DNA of 64,000 nucleotides from assembly GCA_951406725.2 (NCBI GenBank), contig OX597820.1:42408001-42472000 (forward strand), in the 5' to 3' direction. Every line of letters starts with the position of its first letter. The stretch's first letter is position 1. Shown here in pieces: positions 43,364 to 56,263 of this stretch. The notes beneath the pieces were generated by a model. It was not told the origin of the DNA. It saw nothing but the letters and a program-made list of their open reading frames with translations, and searched no databases. This DNA comes from Octopus vulgaris. Its lineage: Eukaryota. Both the position numbers and the translations under genes were made by a program.

Positions 43364-43895
43364 TGTGTTTGTGCATATGTGGCATATCTATCTATCTATC
43401 TATGTGTGTGTGTGTGTCTGTGTGTTTGGAGAAGGAGAGAGACAAAAAGAGAAAAGGGAAAATAAAAATAATAATAATAAAAATAAAAAATTAAAAATTA
43501 AAAAAATAAAATAAAATCTATAAATAAAATATAAAGAATAAAATAAAAAATAAAAATAAAAATAAAATAAAAATAAGGGAGGAAGTGGAGAAGAAAAAAT
43601 ATTTTTGTGTGTTGATATATACATATATATACACACACACAGACTTATATATATTTGAAAAACCTTTTTATATATATATAGTTGTGTGTCATAGGAAATA
43701 TATGACAATTAAAGGGTAAAGATGGAAGTGAATTATAAAGATAATAATATAATATGATATATATATACAATGTATGTTGATATATATATATGAAATGTTT
43801 TTCCATATTCCTCCTGAAGGGTGTCATTCTTCGGACACTTGTAGAGGGAAATATCTTAAATTTTCCTTCTCCACATGTAGCTAGGTGTGTGCTTA

Positions 43896-43949
<54 letters not shown>

Positions 43950-43990
43950 ATCTATCTATCTATCTATCTCTATATGTATACATATACATT

Positions 43991-44123
<133 letters not shown>

Positions 44124-44409
44124 ATCTATGTATATATATTAATATACAAAATTCAAATTTTCGATCAAATGTCCAACGAGTTAACTTGGGATCCCTTGAC
44201 GACGGCCTGATACGTAGCTAGTGGAGTACCTCTCATCACGTAATTGTTTCTTCCTAGGTCCTGCTGGCTAGGAAACATGTGTAGCCTGGATTTTACATGC
44301 TCCATTCCCTGAACTCGGATTGTTATACGCATACATAGCAGCACAGGTTGCTACACGTGAACTATAAAATAATTTTTTTTAGCGTATTGAACTTCGATAT
44401 TTTCTTCTA

Positions 44410-44600
44410 TTTCCCACTACTTCTTTCAGTCACTTGACCGCGGCCATGCTGGAGCAGCGCCTCTAATCGAACAAATCGACGCCAGGACTTATTCTTTTGT
44501 AAGCCAAGTAATTATTCTATCGGGCTATAGCCAAACTGCTAAGTTACCGGGATGTAACCTCACCAACATCGGTTGTCAAGTGATAGTGGGGGACAAAGAG
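44410..44600 (-). mobile_element. SINE 3' half
   Basis: GCGGCCATGCTGGAGCA..CAACATCGGTTGTCAAG..GGGGACAAA; matches 49000-49100 in the opposite orientation. Confidence 0.65.
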
Positions 44601-44699
44601 ACTGACACGAATACATGCACACACACAAGCACACACACACTCACAAACATATATATATATATTTATATACGTATACTCACACACAAATATATATATATA

Positions 44700-46162
44700 T
44701 CTATATATAAAACTGAGAATGTGTGTCTGTCTGTCTGTCTGTGTGTTTCCCTAAAACTTGAGAACTACACAACCAATTTCATTCGAATTTTACACAAGCC
44801 TTACTTAGGGTCCGGGGAGTGTCCTCGGAAAAAAATTCTAACTTTTTGCGTAGGGCGAGCCCACGGCAGTATCCTATCTTCTCCACTATGATTCCCCAAA
44901 ACTTAAGGACTACAAAACCAATTTCATTTAAATTTTACACATGCCTTACTTAGGGTCCGTGTAGTTTCGTGGGCAAAAAATATGTTCAACTTCTTGCCTA
45001 GCAATATCATATCTTGTCCACTATTTCTGTATTACGTGTTAAAAGTGAAACAAAATCATACTTTCACTTTAACAATAAAAATTAGAGATAATAATAACAA
45101 TTGAATTATATGTAGTTAGTAATAATTAAAATCAAACTAAAGTATAATATAATCGTAACATAACAAAAGTAAAAATAGCAATTGGTATAAAATTGCATCA
45201 ATGACTTGAAATTGAATAAGTGGTTTCACATGAATGGGAATAAATTGGAAATAAAATTAGCGTGCAGAAATGGAATAGTCCAGATGGAGGTTATTATTAT
45301 TACTGTTTAACTATTGTTATCACGTTTGTTGGTTCCTCGTAAGGGAAACGTTGTTGTGTTGCATTTGTTAAATAATTGTAAACTGTAACCCTCCCTCTTT
45401 GGGAGAAGGAGCTTTGGTAATTGTTTAAAAATTGAATTGTGTCCCTGTTTGGGGAAAATGACAATATTTTCACCGTTTACATGGAAGCATTTTTCTAAGA
45501 ATGCCTTCGATAGAAGAAAGTCCAAAAATGAATTTCGCTGCGGCCGTCGGTGGGCGCGAACTCATTAAAATTAAAATGGAAGAAATACAAACCTATTTCG
45601 GATTGATCACCGACAAAGACGGTGAATCTAGGATAACACCACCAAACGAAATAAGAAATTAAAGTAAAGAAAAGTCTATTGTCTATAAAGTATACAATGT
45701 AGAGAAGAAAAAAATTTGAACACCTGGAGGAAAGCACCATCGAAAAGTGTCTTGGTGCGGCTATGAATGATATCTAACCAGTGGCCACAATAGAAGCAAG
45801 GTTCGAGTCAACGGAGTACTCGACTCGAACCTTGTAAAGTGGAAATATTTTATTTTTACCTTTATATCTGAAACGTAGGACGTCCCGGATAAAAATTAAA
45901 AATGTCCCCCCCAGATGTAGAGGTAGGCTGGATTGTAGCCACCCTTCTATACAAGAGGGAGGACAAGATACAATTGATCGAAATTGCAAGGGACGGGACA
46001 ACAATTCCAGTCTGTTATATATTTTGAGTATTGTTATCACTAGCGATATCAAGATATAAATATGTATTTTGTATTTTATGTGTAGATGTATTTATATAGA
46101 TGTACATGTAATATATACATGCACTAGCAATATGACCCGGCTATGACGGGTCATAATGCTAG
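44700..46162 (+). mobile_element. Non-autonomous Helitron with an internal captured or inserted fragment
   Basis: TCTATATATAAAA..(CTGT)n start, internal tandem duplication 44750-45020, terminal hairpin TATGACCCG..CGGGTCATA, CTAG|T end. Confidence 0.7.
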
Positions 46163-46249
46163 TATCTCTATATATATATGGATTTCGTAGACAGGAACTG
46201 AAACAAATCAATCGTATGTATGTATGTATATATGTAAGTGTAAGTGTTT

Positions 46250-48916
46250 CGATATTTGCAACATGAATGGTAATGGTCAGAGACTACTTGAATTTTGCAC
46301 ATACCATAACCCGTGCATCAAACACACTCATTGCTTACAAGAAATCCCACAAGACATCCAAGATTTCACCACTGGCATCAGCTGGATTTCATCATTACAC
46401 GAAGATCCTTTTTGAATTATGTTCAACTGACCCGTAGATACCACAGTGCGGATTGTGACATACATCATTCACTAATAAGAAGCAGAGTGAGGATTCTGCC
46501 TAAGAAAATCCATCACTCTAAGAAAATGGGCCGACCACGCATTAACACTGCAAGAAACTCGGACCCTACACTACGAAAATGCTTTGCTGTTTCTATCAAG
46601 GTTTCCCTCAGTAGCTGCCAAACCACCTCTGCTGAATGTAGGTGGAATTATATCAGGGAAGCTTTGTATACCACATCAATAAATACTTTCGGCATGAGAG
46701 AAAGGCAAAAACCAGATTGGTTCAGTGCTGGGCTCTCAGCGCTGGAAACAGTTATCGAAGCAAAGCGTGCAGGTCTGATGCAATACAAGAGTGATTCTTC
46801 TACAAAATCACTCGAAGAACTCAGAAAGGCAAGAAATAAAACCCAACTGACTGCCAGACGCTGTGCAAATATGTATTGGCAGAAAATCTGTCAGAGTATC
46901 CAGTCAGCTGCTCATAGTGAACACACCCATGGGATGTATGCCGGTTTAAGAAGGACCTTGGTCCATCCGCAACCAAGTTAGCCCCTCTGAAATCAACTAC
47001 TGGAGATCTCATTAAGGGCCAAAGCAAGCAAATGGATAGATGGGTGGAGTATTACCAGGATCTCTACTCACGGGAGACCACAGTAGCTGAGGCTGCACTT
47101 GAGAGTGTCAAGATCTTGCCAGTCATGTGCGAACTTGACAGTCTGCCATCTATAGCAGAGCTCACCAAGACTATTGACTCCCTATCATCGAAACCGGCAA
47201 AAACACTATCCTGCTTCGGCACCTTCATGAGCTTCTGTGTCAGTGCTGGGGAGAGGGTACTGTCCCACAGGATATGCGGGATGCTAACATCATTACGCTT
47301 TACAAAAACAAAGTTGAACGTGTTGATAGTAACAATTACCGTGGAATATCTCTTCTAAGCACTGCTGGAAAGGCCTTTGCTCGCATTATCCTGTCCAGGC
47401 TACAACTTCTTGCTTCTCAAATATATCCAGAATCGCAGTGTGGCTTTAGAAGAAGCAGATCAAGTATTGACACGATGTTCTCCATACGTCAATTTCAGGA
47501 GAAGTCCAGAGAGCAGAAAATGCCATTATGTATGGTCTTCATTGAACTGACAAAGGCCTTTGACTTAGTAAGTAGAAAAGGCCTTTTCATCCTACTCCAA
47601 AATATCGGATGTCCACGAAAGCTGCTGAGGATCATCAAATCTTTCCATGATGATATGCAAGGCACCATACAGCACAATGGTTCAACATCAGCCACCTTCC
47701 AAATAAAAAGAAACTGGGTAAAGCAAGTTTGTGGCCTTGCTTCTACATTATTTGGCATCTTCTTCTCGCTGCTGCTGTCACATGCCTCTCAGACATCAGA
47801 TGATGAAGTGTTTCTGCTCAGTAGAAATGACGGGAAACTGTTCAATCTCTCGCGTCTGCGTGCCAAGACCAAAATCAGGAGCGTACTGATCAAGGAGGTG
47901 CTATTTGCTAATGATGCCGCTCTGGTATCACACACAGAAGAAGCCCTACAAAGGCTCATCAACTGTTTTGAGCAAGCATGTAGCAACTTTGGCTTAGTTA
48001 TCAGCCTCAAGAAGACCAACATCATGGGTCAGGCTACATCGGACATCCCAAACATACATATTGGAGACCACAGACTACAGGAAGTGGAGAAGTTTACTTA
48101 TCGTACCTCTACCGTCACCTATAACATATCCCTCGATGCTCAGCTCAATATACGCTTTGGCAAGGCAGCTGCTGTGATGGCCCAACTCTCCAAACCGGCA
48201 TGGGATAACCATAAGCCGACCAAGACCACAAAAATGAGGATTTACCAGGCATGTGTACTTAGCACTCTGCTGTATGGAAGTGAGATTTGGACGACATACA
48301 CACGCCAAGAGCGTCGCCTAAATATCTTTCACCTGCGCTGCCTCCGGAAAATCCTTCGCATTAAATGGCAGAATCATGTCCCCAACAAAAATGTCCTCAA
48401 GCAAGCAGGAATAACAAGTATGTTTGCACTCCTCACACGAAGACGTATGAGATGGCTTGGGTATGTTAGCCGTATGGAATATGGCAGATCCCCAAGGACA
48501 TACTCTACGGAGAGCTTGCTATGAGCACGAGGTCTGTGGGGAGACCGTTCTTACGATACAAGAATGTTTGCAAAAGGGACATGAATGCCAGCAACATCAA
48601 TATTACCACCTGGGAAGCAGTTGCCAGCAACAGTGGAGATTGGTGACGTACCGTAAAAGAGAGAACACAAAGAGTGTCATAGAGAGAGAGGAGAAATGGA
48701 AAGACAAGAAAAAACGTCAACAAGAAACTATGACGTTACAACCAGCCAGACAAAGTCTTCGCTACATTTGCGGCACCTGCCAGAAGGAGTGTTTGTCCAG
48801 GATAGGACTACACAGCCACTGCAGGTAATGTATTAGGACATGAAATGTAAAATCCGGACTAGATTATGTTATACGCAACTCCATTGACTCCCGAGACAAA
48901 AAGGATGCCAACAACA
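46250..48916 (+). mobile_element. 5'-truncated RTE (BovB-like) LINE: partial APE, RT, C-terminal zinc finger and (CAA)n tail; disabled
   Basis: NGQRLLEFC, HWHQLDFII, NYRGISLLS, ESQCGFR, F..L.KAFD, LFAND (YADD variant), LLYGSE.W, CGTCQKECLSRIGLHSH; frameshifts; flanking duplication 46172-46217 / 48917-48962. Confidence 0.95.
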
Positions 48917-49208
48917 ATATATATGGATTTCGTAGACAGGAACTGAAACAAATCAATCGTATATATATGTATATATTTAAGTCTGTGTGTGTGTTTTTGT
49001 GTTTCTCCCTCATCACTGCTTCACAACTGCTGTTCATTTATTTACATACACATAACTTACTGGTTTCACAAGACCAAACTAATAGAATAAGTACTAGGCT
49101 TATTAACATAAAAAAGCACTAGGCTGTGTCTCATAATTTTGTTTGCCCACTCAGTTGTATCTTTCCATTTATCTTTGTATGTGTGTGTGTATATCTATCT
49201 ATCTATTA

Positions 49209-49247
<39 letters not shown>

Positions 49248-49461
49248 ATTTCTATCTATCTATATATCTATATATATATATATATCATAATAATAATATT
49301 AGAGAGTAAATCCAAACTTACAGGGAAAAATTAGATTTAGGATTAAATCTTATTTTATAGTATAAATATATATATTAACAATTGCAGCGTGGAAGGTGTT
49401 TATAAGCCATTTAAGAAACACACAAAAGCCGTTCGATTCACTTCAACATTTAAGTTTAATA

Positions 49462-49507
49462 TGTCAAAATATTTTCGTCGCTAAAATCCGCGACCTGTTC
49501 ACTGACA
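49462..49507 (-). ncRNA. Minimal type I hammerhead-like motif with swapped G3-C8 core
   Basis: Minus strand: TGTCA GTGAACA G GTCGC ggatttta GCGAC GAA AATATT T TGACA. Confidence 0.6.
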
Positions 49508-49529
49508 AAAAACCGTGCAGCACGGATTC

Positions 49530-49586
49530 AAAGTTCAAAGTTAAAATTAAAAATAATATTTACTTATTAATTTATACTAATAAATT

Positions 49587-49655
<69 letters not shown>

Positions 49656-49974
49656 TTATTAGTATAAATTATTAATTAAAATTTTTTTAAATTTTAACTT
49701 TGAATTTAATTAATTTAAATTTTAAATTTAAGAAATAACTAATATTTGGGAGTTAGGCGCCCATTAGGGTGTTATATAAATGTATATATATATATTTATA
49801 TATATTAAATTAGAGATAAAACCACTATTAGGCAAATCAAACAGTGAACACAGAAATAAAATTAATTAATATAATATACAAAATAAATAAAATGTAAAAT
49901 TCAAAATTTAAATTATTTAAATTTAAAGTTAAAATGTAAAAAAGTTTTAAATAAAAAAAAATTTAAATAATAAA

Positions 49975-50018
<44 letters not shown>

Positions 50019-50256
50019 TTTATTATTTTTATTTTTATTATTATTTTATTTCATATTTTATATTTTTATTTTTTTATTTATATATTTATTTTTTTCATTT
50101 AAAATTTTTTTTAATTTTAACTTTAAATTTAAATAATTTAAATTTTGAATTTTACGTCTTATATATTTTGTATATTATATTAATTAATTTTATTTCTATG
50201 TTTCGGTTATGTTTTTCACTGTTTGATTTGCCTAATAGTGGTTTTTATCTCTAATT

Positions 50257-50324
<68 letters not shown>

Positions 50325-50356
50325 CACCCTAGTGGGAGCGTTAACTCCCAAATTTT
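49530..50356. repeat. Two adjacent AT-rich palindromes, each centred on (TA)n (about 49535-49705 and 49743-50356)
   Basis: For example TTAGAGATAAAACCACTATTAGGCAAATCAAACAGTGAA / TTCACTGTTTGATTTGCCTAATAGTGGTTTTTATCTCTAA. Confidence 0.9.
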
Positions 50357-50599
50357 AGTCCTTTCTGTTATTATCCAAATCTAGGTCAAAAGTTCTGAAT
50401 GGATCTTTATGAAATTTGGAAATTATATTCTATGCATAAGGGCCAGAACCTCAATGACAATTCATATATTTTTGCTGTTGAGGAAATTTTAATCATTGCT
50501 ATTAAACACAAATGAAGTAATATTTATAAAATTTCATCTTCTTACAAGTTAGAAAGACCCCTCCATGAGGACTTAACACCCACAATTTTGTCATTTTAT

Positions 50600-51150
50600 C
50601 AAAGCAAAAACGAATACAGTTGTGCTCTTCGAAGCTGTTGGTTTACTCGAGCATAACATTTGAGCATTATTTCTAATTCAATGGTACAACAGTGTAACAG
50701 TTTGCTTTGACATACATTGTGATATCTGCAATGTGGTGCATAAATTGTCAAGTAAATGAGAGGCATCTTTGCCTCCACTGATTCAGTTGCAATGTGTTGA
50801 GTAAAGTTATTTGATTGCAGATCTCCTTTCAGTCTTTTTATTATCACTGGGTCACACATAGTTCCCAGATGGTAACATTGATTCCAAGGCCTTTCCAGAT
50901 GAGTGACTGGTTATTCAGAGACATTTATAGATTGTATATTTATTCTGTCCAGTTACGTATCAGTATAGTGGTCATTTGCAAACTCCAGAAGTGACAATTT
51001 AATTTCTCCTTAGCCCTCACGTCACACAGTTGTTAATGTTTATTTCAGTTGGGTCACGCCCTTCCAATTGCTATAGATTCGTAATGCATCTTACGGCTGT
51101 GCCTGTCACCTGGATGGTGAGGAATCCTACATTGGGAGTGGTAACGACTA
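50600..51150 (-). mobile_element. Degenerate LINE APE endonuclease N-terminal remnant (RTE-like)
   Basis: TIYAP motif and traces of the N-terminal NVR.L..KL region. Confidence 0.45.
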
Positions 51151-51339
51151 GGGTAGGGTAACTGACTGCTTATTGTGATCATTCGTCTTCTGGTTTCCTG
51201 TAGCTTTGCTCTCTTTTACAAACCCAGTGAACATATATTTCCTATATCCAAGAAATTGAAACAATAGATATAAGACCCAAGTTAAAAAGATTCTCAACAA
51301 TTCAACTTCTCTGGTTGACATTAAGACGCCCACGCCCAA

Positions 51340-51634
51340 CAGGGGCCTTAACTCTCACATTTTAGAGCTCCATGACCTCCATTTTTCAGGAGAAAAATAT
51401 TTTTAACAGGTTCAATAAGACTGGAATTTTGGAATATGCGCATAAAACTCAGTAGTATAGGATATATGAGGCACGATTAACATTTTTGGGTGTGTGTAAA
51501 TAGGGAAATAACCCTCATCTGCAATTTTGATGAAATTCGAAACATAGATATTCCAGTTCATTAGAGAAAATATAACAGAAAAGGTTAATTCTTCAATTGT
51601 ATGTAACACGGGCAACGCCGGTTATCTCTGCTAG
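51340..51634 (+). mobile_element. Helitron 3' end (body probably begins near 50323)
   Basis: CGGGCAACGCCGG hairpin then CTGCTAG|T, like the 30966 element. Confidence 0.6.
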
Positions 51635-51659
51635 TTATTTAATAAACATAAAACAAATT

Positions 51660-52590
51660 TTTATGTGCAGCTATTGGTTTTATGTGCTGAAGACATGCAA
51701 ATCAATATTTTAAACCACATCTGATATCTCGGCACAGTCATCAGGCACATCCCATATGGCTCAACGAAGTAAAAATAGAAAGAAGAAAAGAGGGAAAGGT
51801 GAAAAAGGAGCATATAGAAAAATTGGAAGGTTGAAAAACCGGAAAACCTGGAGGTAATCAGAAAGAAGCAAAAGGGGGAAAAGAATTTATTTCTTTACAC
51901 CTTAAATTAAAGGTTGTATAAGTAGTGGCTAAGAGATTATGGTGCAGTTGTTAATCAGACGGAGGTAGAACTTCCCAATTCTCTGAAAATTTCTTATCTA
52001 AGTTCAGCAGTAAATGAGACATTTTAAGTTTGAAATGAATCTAAGTACTTTCAGCGAGGCATAGCTTAAATTTTTTTATCCGTTAACATATGGTGCAGAT
52101 TTTTGGATTATTTCCCACTGTATGTGGTGTTGCGTTAAATTTCAAACTCCATACGTGGCTAACTAACTTAGTATCTTTGCTTTTCTTGCTATGTCTGAAC
52201 GAAGTTATGTAATTAGTATAGCGATTCTTAAATTCTCCTTCACATAGGCCAATATAACTATTCTTATCGGTTGTGATATCATCTAGCGTTACAGTGACTT
52301 CTGCCTCATATATGACGGATTTAATCGTACATTGCTGGTCAAATGGATAGGTTCCTGGGCCTTGACATTTACAACTGGATTTAGGTCTTGGTACTGACCT
52401 CGTATAATGATGTTTTTTCCCATTGGAGCAGCAGCTATATGATAATTTCATTGAGCGCCTGTTAAATATTTTTCTCTACTCGTAATCTTCTGGAAAATGT
52501 TTGTCTAAGAGAGACAGGAATCATGTAGTTTTTACGTTAATGGAAATCATGTTAGTTTTTACGTTAATGGAAAAAGGATGGGTGAACTAC
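51660..52590 (-). mobile_element. Penelope-like remnant with GIY-YIG endonuclease
   Basis: CKC...P...QC.IKSVIYEAEV...YIGLCEGEFKNRY.NY..SFRH....TKL..HVWSLK; homologous to 13590-14480. Confidence 0.85.
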
Positions 52591-53119
52591 TACAACTACA
52601 ATTAGTTGGCTTGAACCAATTGACCAAATATTTGAAAGCGTTGGTAACTGGCACCAAAGCAATCAGCTGGAAGTGGTCGGTCAGCCGGATGAATGAAAAT
52701 GACGGTATTTTAGTTGATACATGAATACGTGAAGTTGTAGACTAATGATAGATCTACACTCTATATGATATAGCATATAATGAGGATGTAGTTGGTCTAA
52801 GACATTACAAAAATATAATATTCCAGGTTGTATCTTAGAGTGCAACTGTATATGTATGTGTATGAAAGACAGTGAGTCAGAGGTAGCTAAAGAAGGCGTT
52901 ATTGAGGTCGAAACAACTGACAAATACGAGCGGTTATCCAAAAGTAAGCAGAGACGTTCTGTGTGAGACAGGCTCATTGTAGTTCGGGATTCTGCCGCTA
53001 CAAGTTTCTTAATATGACCCTCAGACATGAGTCTATCGACTGGGGTAATTTAGCAGGGTTGTGCTGGCTTGTGATGCGTTTTTCCTTTGCAATGCTTCTC
53101 TCCTGTTCGTCGATTTTTG

Positions 53120-53280
53120 CGATAGCTGAAACAGTGCTTCTGTGAAATTCTGTTTTCTACTAGGGAAAATGGTAGCCGAAACAATTGTGCTATGCCTCAA
53201 ACAACCTACAAGGTCGCTGCCATATGCAAAACATAAGTTTACATGTGATTTTCACGCTTTGGGAGTGGTCACTTGTCACG
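53120..53280 (+). mobile_element. Mariner transposase N-terminal fragment
   Basis: VKFCFLLGK..AETIV.. followed by a frameshifted TYK.AA..KT.VY..FSRF. Confidence 0.6.
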
Positions 53281-54974
53281 GATGCTTGTATGAGCGAGTG
53301 TACATGCGCAGTGCAACTTTATATCCTGATCTGTTAACGGTTCTTTTTAATACTTTTCTCGCGGTATTGCACGTTCGTTTCTTTTCTGCGCCTGTTATTT
53401 CTTTTATTGATGTTCTATACAAATGAAGACATGTCCTTTAATTCACTAATTTTCTTTACACAAAATGAGAAGATACAGTGCAGAACTGTTATTTTAACGA
53501 GTTATATCTATTTATCACCCGAACAGACACATCTGCACCCTCGGATGCCCCTGAACCAGTTGTTAAGTAGTATCCACAAGTTCAGTAATGCTGCAGATTC
53601 TTCAACATATCCCTGCGCATGGCAATTACTTTTTCAAAATTTCAGCTTTGATGATTGAGATCTTTAAACTGAAAGAATGATATCCAGCTTGTTTATTCTT
53701 CTAGGAGAGGTAAAACAAAGACGCTTCAGGGTTCAAACCCATTTGATATTGGTCGGAAATTTTGACACAAAGCCTGCAAGTTTGTGGTAGGGTAGGTCGA
53801 TTACATCGACTCTAGTGTTCAACTGGTACTTATTTTAACAATTTCATCCTCAGAGGAAATGCAACCACGCATTTCGCACTGAATGCTAACGATTCTGTTA
53901 CTTCACCGCATTATAGTTGCTGTGTATTTATATTAAATATTTTAGTAATAGCATTACCGGTATTAAGGAAATCAAGGAACTATTTACAGAGACCATGACT
54001 GGGAGAACCGTTCGAATTTCTTCATATGAGAGGACTTAACGTGCGTCCTGCAAAATTCGACCTCTACTCTCACTACAGATATAAACTCCCCTCGCTTGTG
54101 GATGCGCGATTTAAGTTGATTACTTAAAATCGTTCCATATTTATATACAAACATTAAATCTCAAACTTCTTTTCTTAGACTATCATTGCTTTAGATCTTA
54201 ACGTGTAAAATCGTTGTTTGAGAGTATCTTAACTTGAGTGATAACGTGCTCGTGGACATTTCTGTCTTTTTGTGATATGTTTCAACTTCACATCTCTTAG
54301 TATCAATGTTAAAAATAATATGTCTCTTTATTTATGCCATGATATAATGACCGATGTATAACAATACAGATGCATACGTTTAATTGTATGTATATCTCCA
54401 TCTATGCACACGCAAACACACACACAGACATATATATGTATAGATAAAAAAGAGAAGGGGATACATTGATGCATGCATACACACATATATGCATACATAC
54501 ATATGCATGCATGCACGTAACATATATATAACTGGGATATGTTTTCGCAATATTGCTTCGATTTACTGAAAAAATAAAACAGATTGCATAGTATAATAGT
54601 CATACATATAACTATTTTACAGTTTGTTTGGAACATTTAAACTTGTAATTTTATGGACATTTCTATAAATTCGTAGCCTTCTAAATTTAGATTTGTGAAC
54701 GTGGATATTAAAGCCATTCTCTAGCTATCAAATGCAATAATATATTTTTCTTCAGCATGTTGAACCATTAAAACCTACACATAATTTTTTTATGTCTCCG
54801 TTTTGTCTTGTTCTCCCTCCACTTTTTTTTTAGCACTTAACTCTTTCTCTCGAAGATCGTAGGCTCGAAATGTCAAAGACTTTTCTATTTTTCCCGAACG
54901 TTAAACTAATACACCTTCTTGTTGTTCCTACACCTATCTTCGTCTATAATGCTTTCTGTAAATTTGAAATTTAT

Positions 54975-55577
54975 ATATATTCTCGGAGATTTTAAGGTGG
55001 CAATAGCGTCTATTTCTTACAGTGCGTGGGGAGGCGTAAAGCCAATCCCTTGTTATAATTATGTATATAATTATAAAATATTTTGTAAATTTTACCTATG
55101 AAATTTTTATTTCCGCACTGCGGACCTGGTAAAAGTATTATTGATTTTACCCTTTTATTATAATTAATATTTGAATAAATTTACTGCATAATCGAAACTG
55201 TATTTACTGCGATCTAGGTCTTAACACACTACACGTGGGTATAAAAGAAGGATGTGAATTCTACTTGGCAGTATATTTTTACGAGTGTGCATGGATATTG
55301 ATCATGCGATGTCGCCGATCACATGCATATTTTGAGATACTCGTAAATTTATTCTATGGAATACTGTCGCTGATGAAAGCAGTAGGTAAAATATTTTTTA
55401 CTTTAAGTTTGAAACACGATCTTGTACGCAGTAAACGGAACCTTGTTGATTCGTTATTTTTCTTTTGCTCACCTACAATATAGTGCGTTATTCTCGAAGA
55501 TTTTAAGGTGCTGATAGAGGTTTTAGCGTCTGTATCTTGCAGTGCGTGGTGAGGTTTAAATCTGTTCCCTAGTTATG
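54975..55577 (+). repeat. ~85 bp diverged direct repeats at 54975-55055 and 55490-55577
   Basis: ATTCTCG.AGATTTTAAGGTG..TAGCGTCT..CAGTGCGTGG.GAGG. Confidence 0.7.
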
Positions 55578-55603
55578 CTTATGTACATATTTCTAAAATA
55601 TGT

Positions 55604-55671
<68 letters not shown>

Positions 55672-55672
55672 C

Positions 55673-55729
<57 letters not shown>

Positions 55730-55743
55730 TATATGTATGTATG

Positions 55744-55777
<34 letters not shown>

Positions 55778-56188
55778 TTAATTGATAGATAGATGCAGGC
55801 ATACATACATAGAAACATACTTATATATGTACATACACGTATTGTATATAAAATTTATGTAGCCAGCTGGCCGCAATATAAACCGTATATGCAAAATATA
55901 GTCGTCACTAATTGTGAGTGTACGTACTGCAAGCATATATATTGTACGTACATACGTACATATATAAATATATATATATATATTTAAAAGATAGGCTACG
56001 GAAAGAAATGGAATTGTATATTGTGTCTGTACTATATAATATATATGTATCTACTAATGTTGAAGTAACACTGTGTTTCATGGTACATTCTTTTCTAAAA
56101 GAATATGATCCATTAGCTCTATGTATATGAGTCGGAAATGAACACCATATATGTATATATATGGATATATATATATATATATGTATAC

Positions 56189-56263
<75 letters not shown>

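Noticed and set aside
47274-48524. 416-aa ORF as a functional reverse transcriptase gene
   Set aside because: Part of a truncated, frameshifted RTE with mutated catalytic motifs (LFAND, FIELTKAFD)
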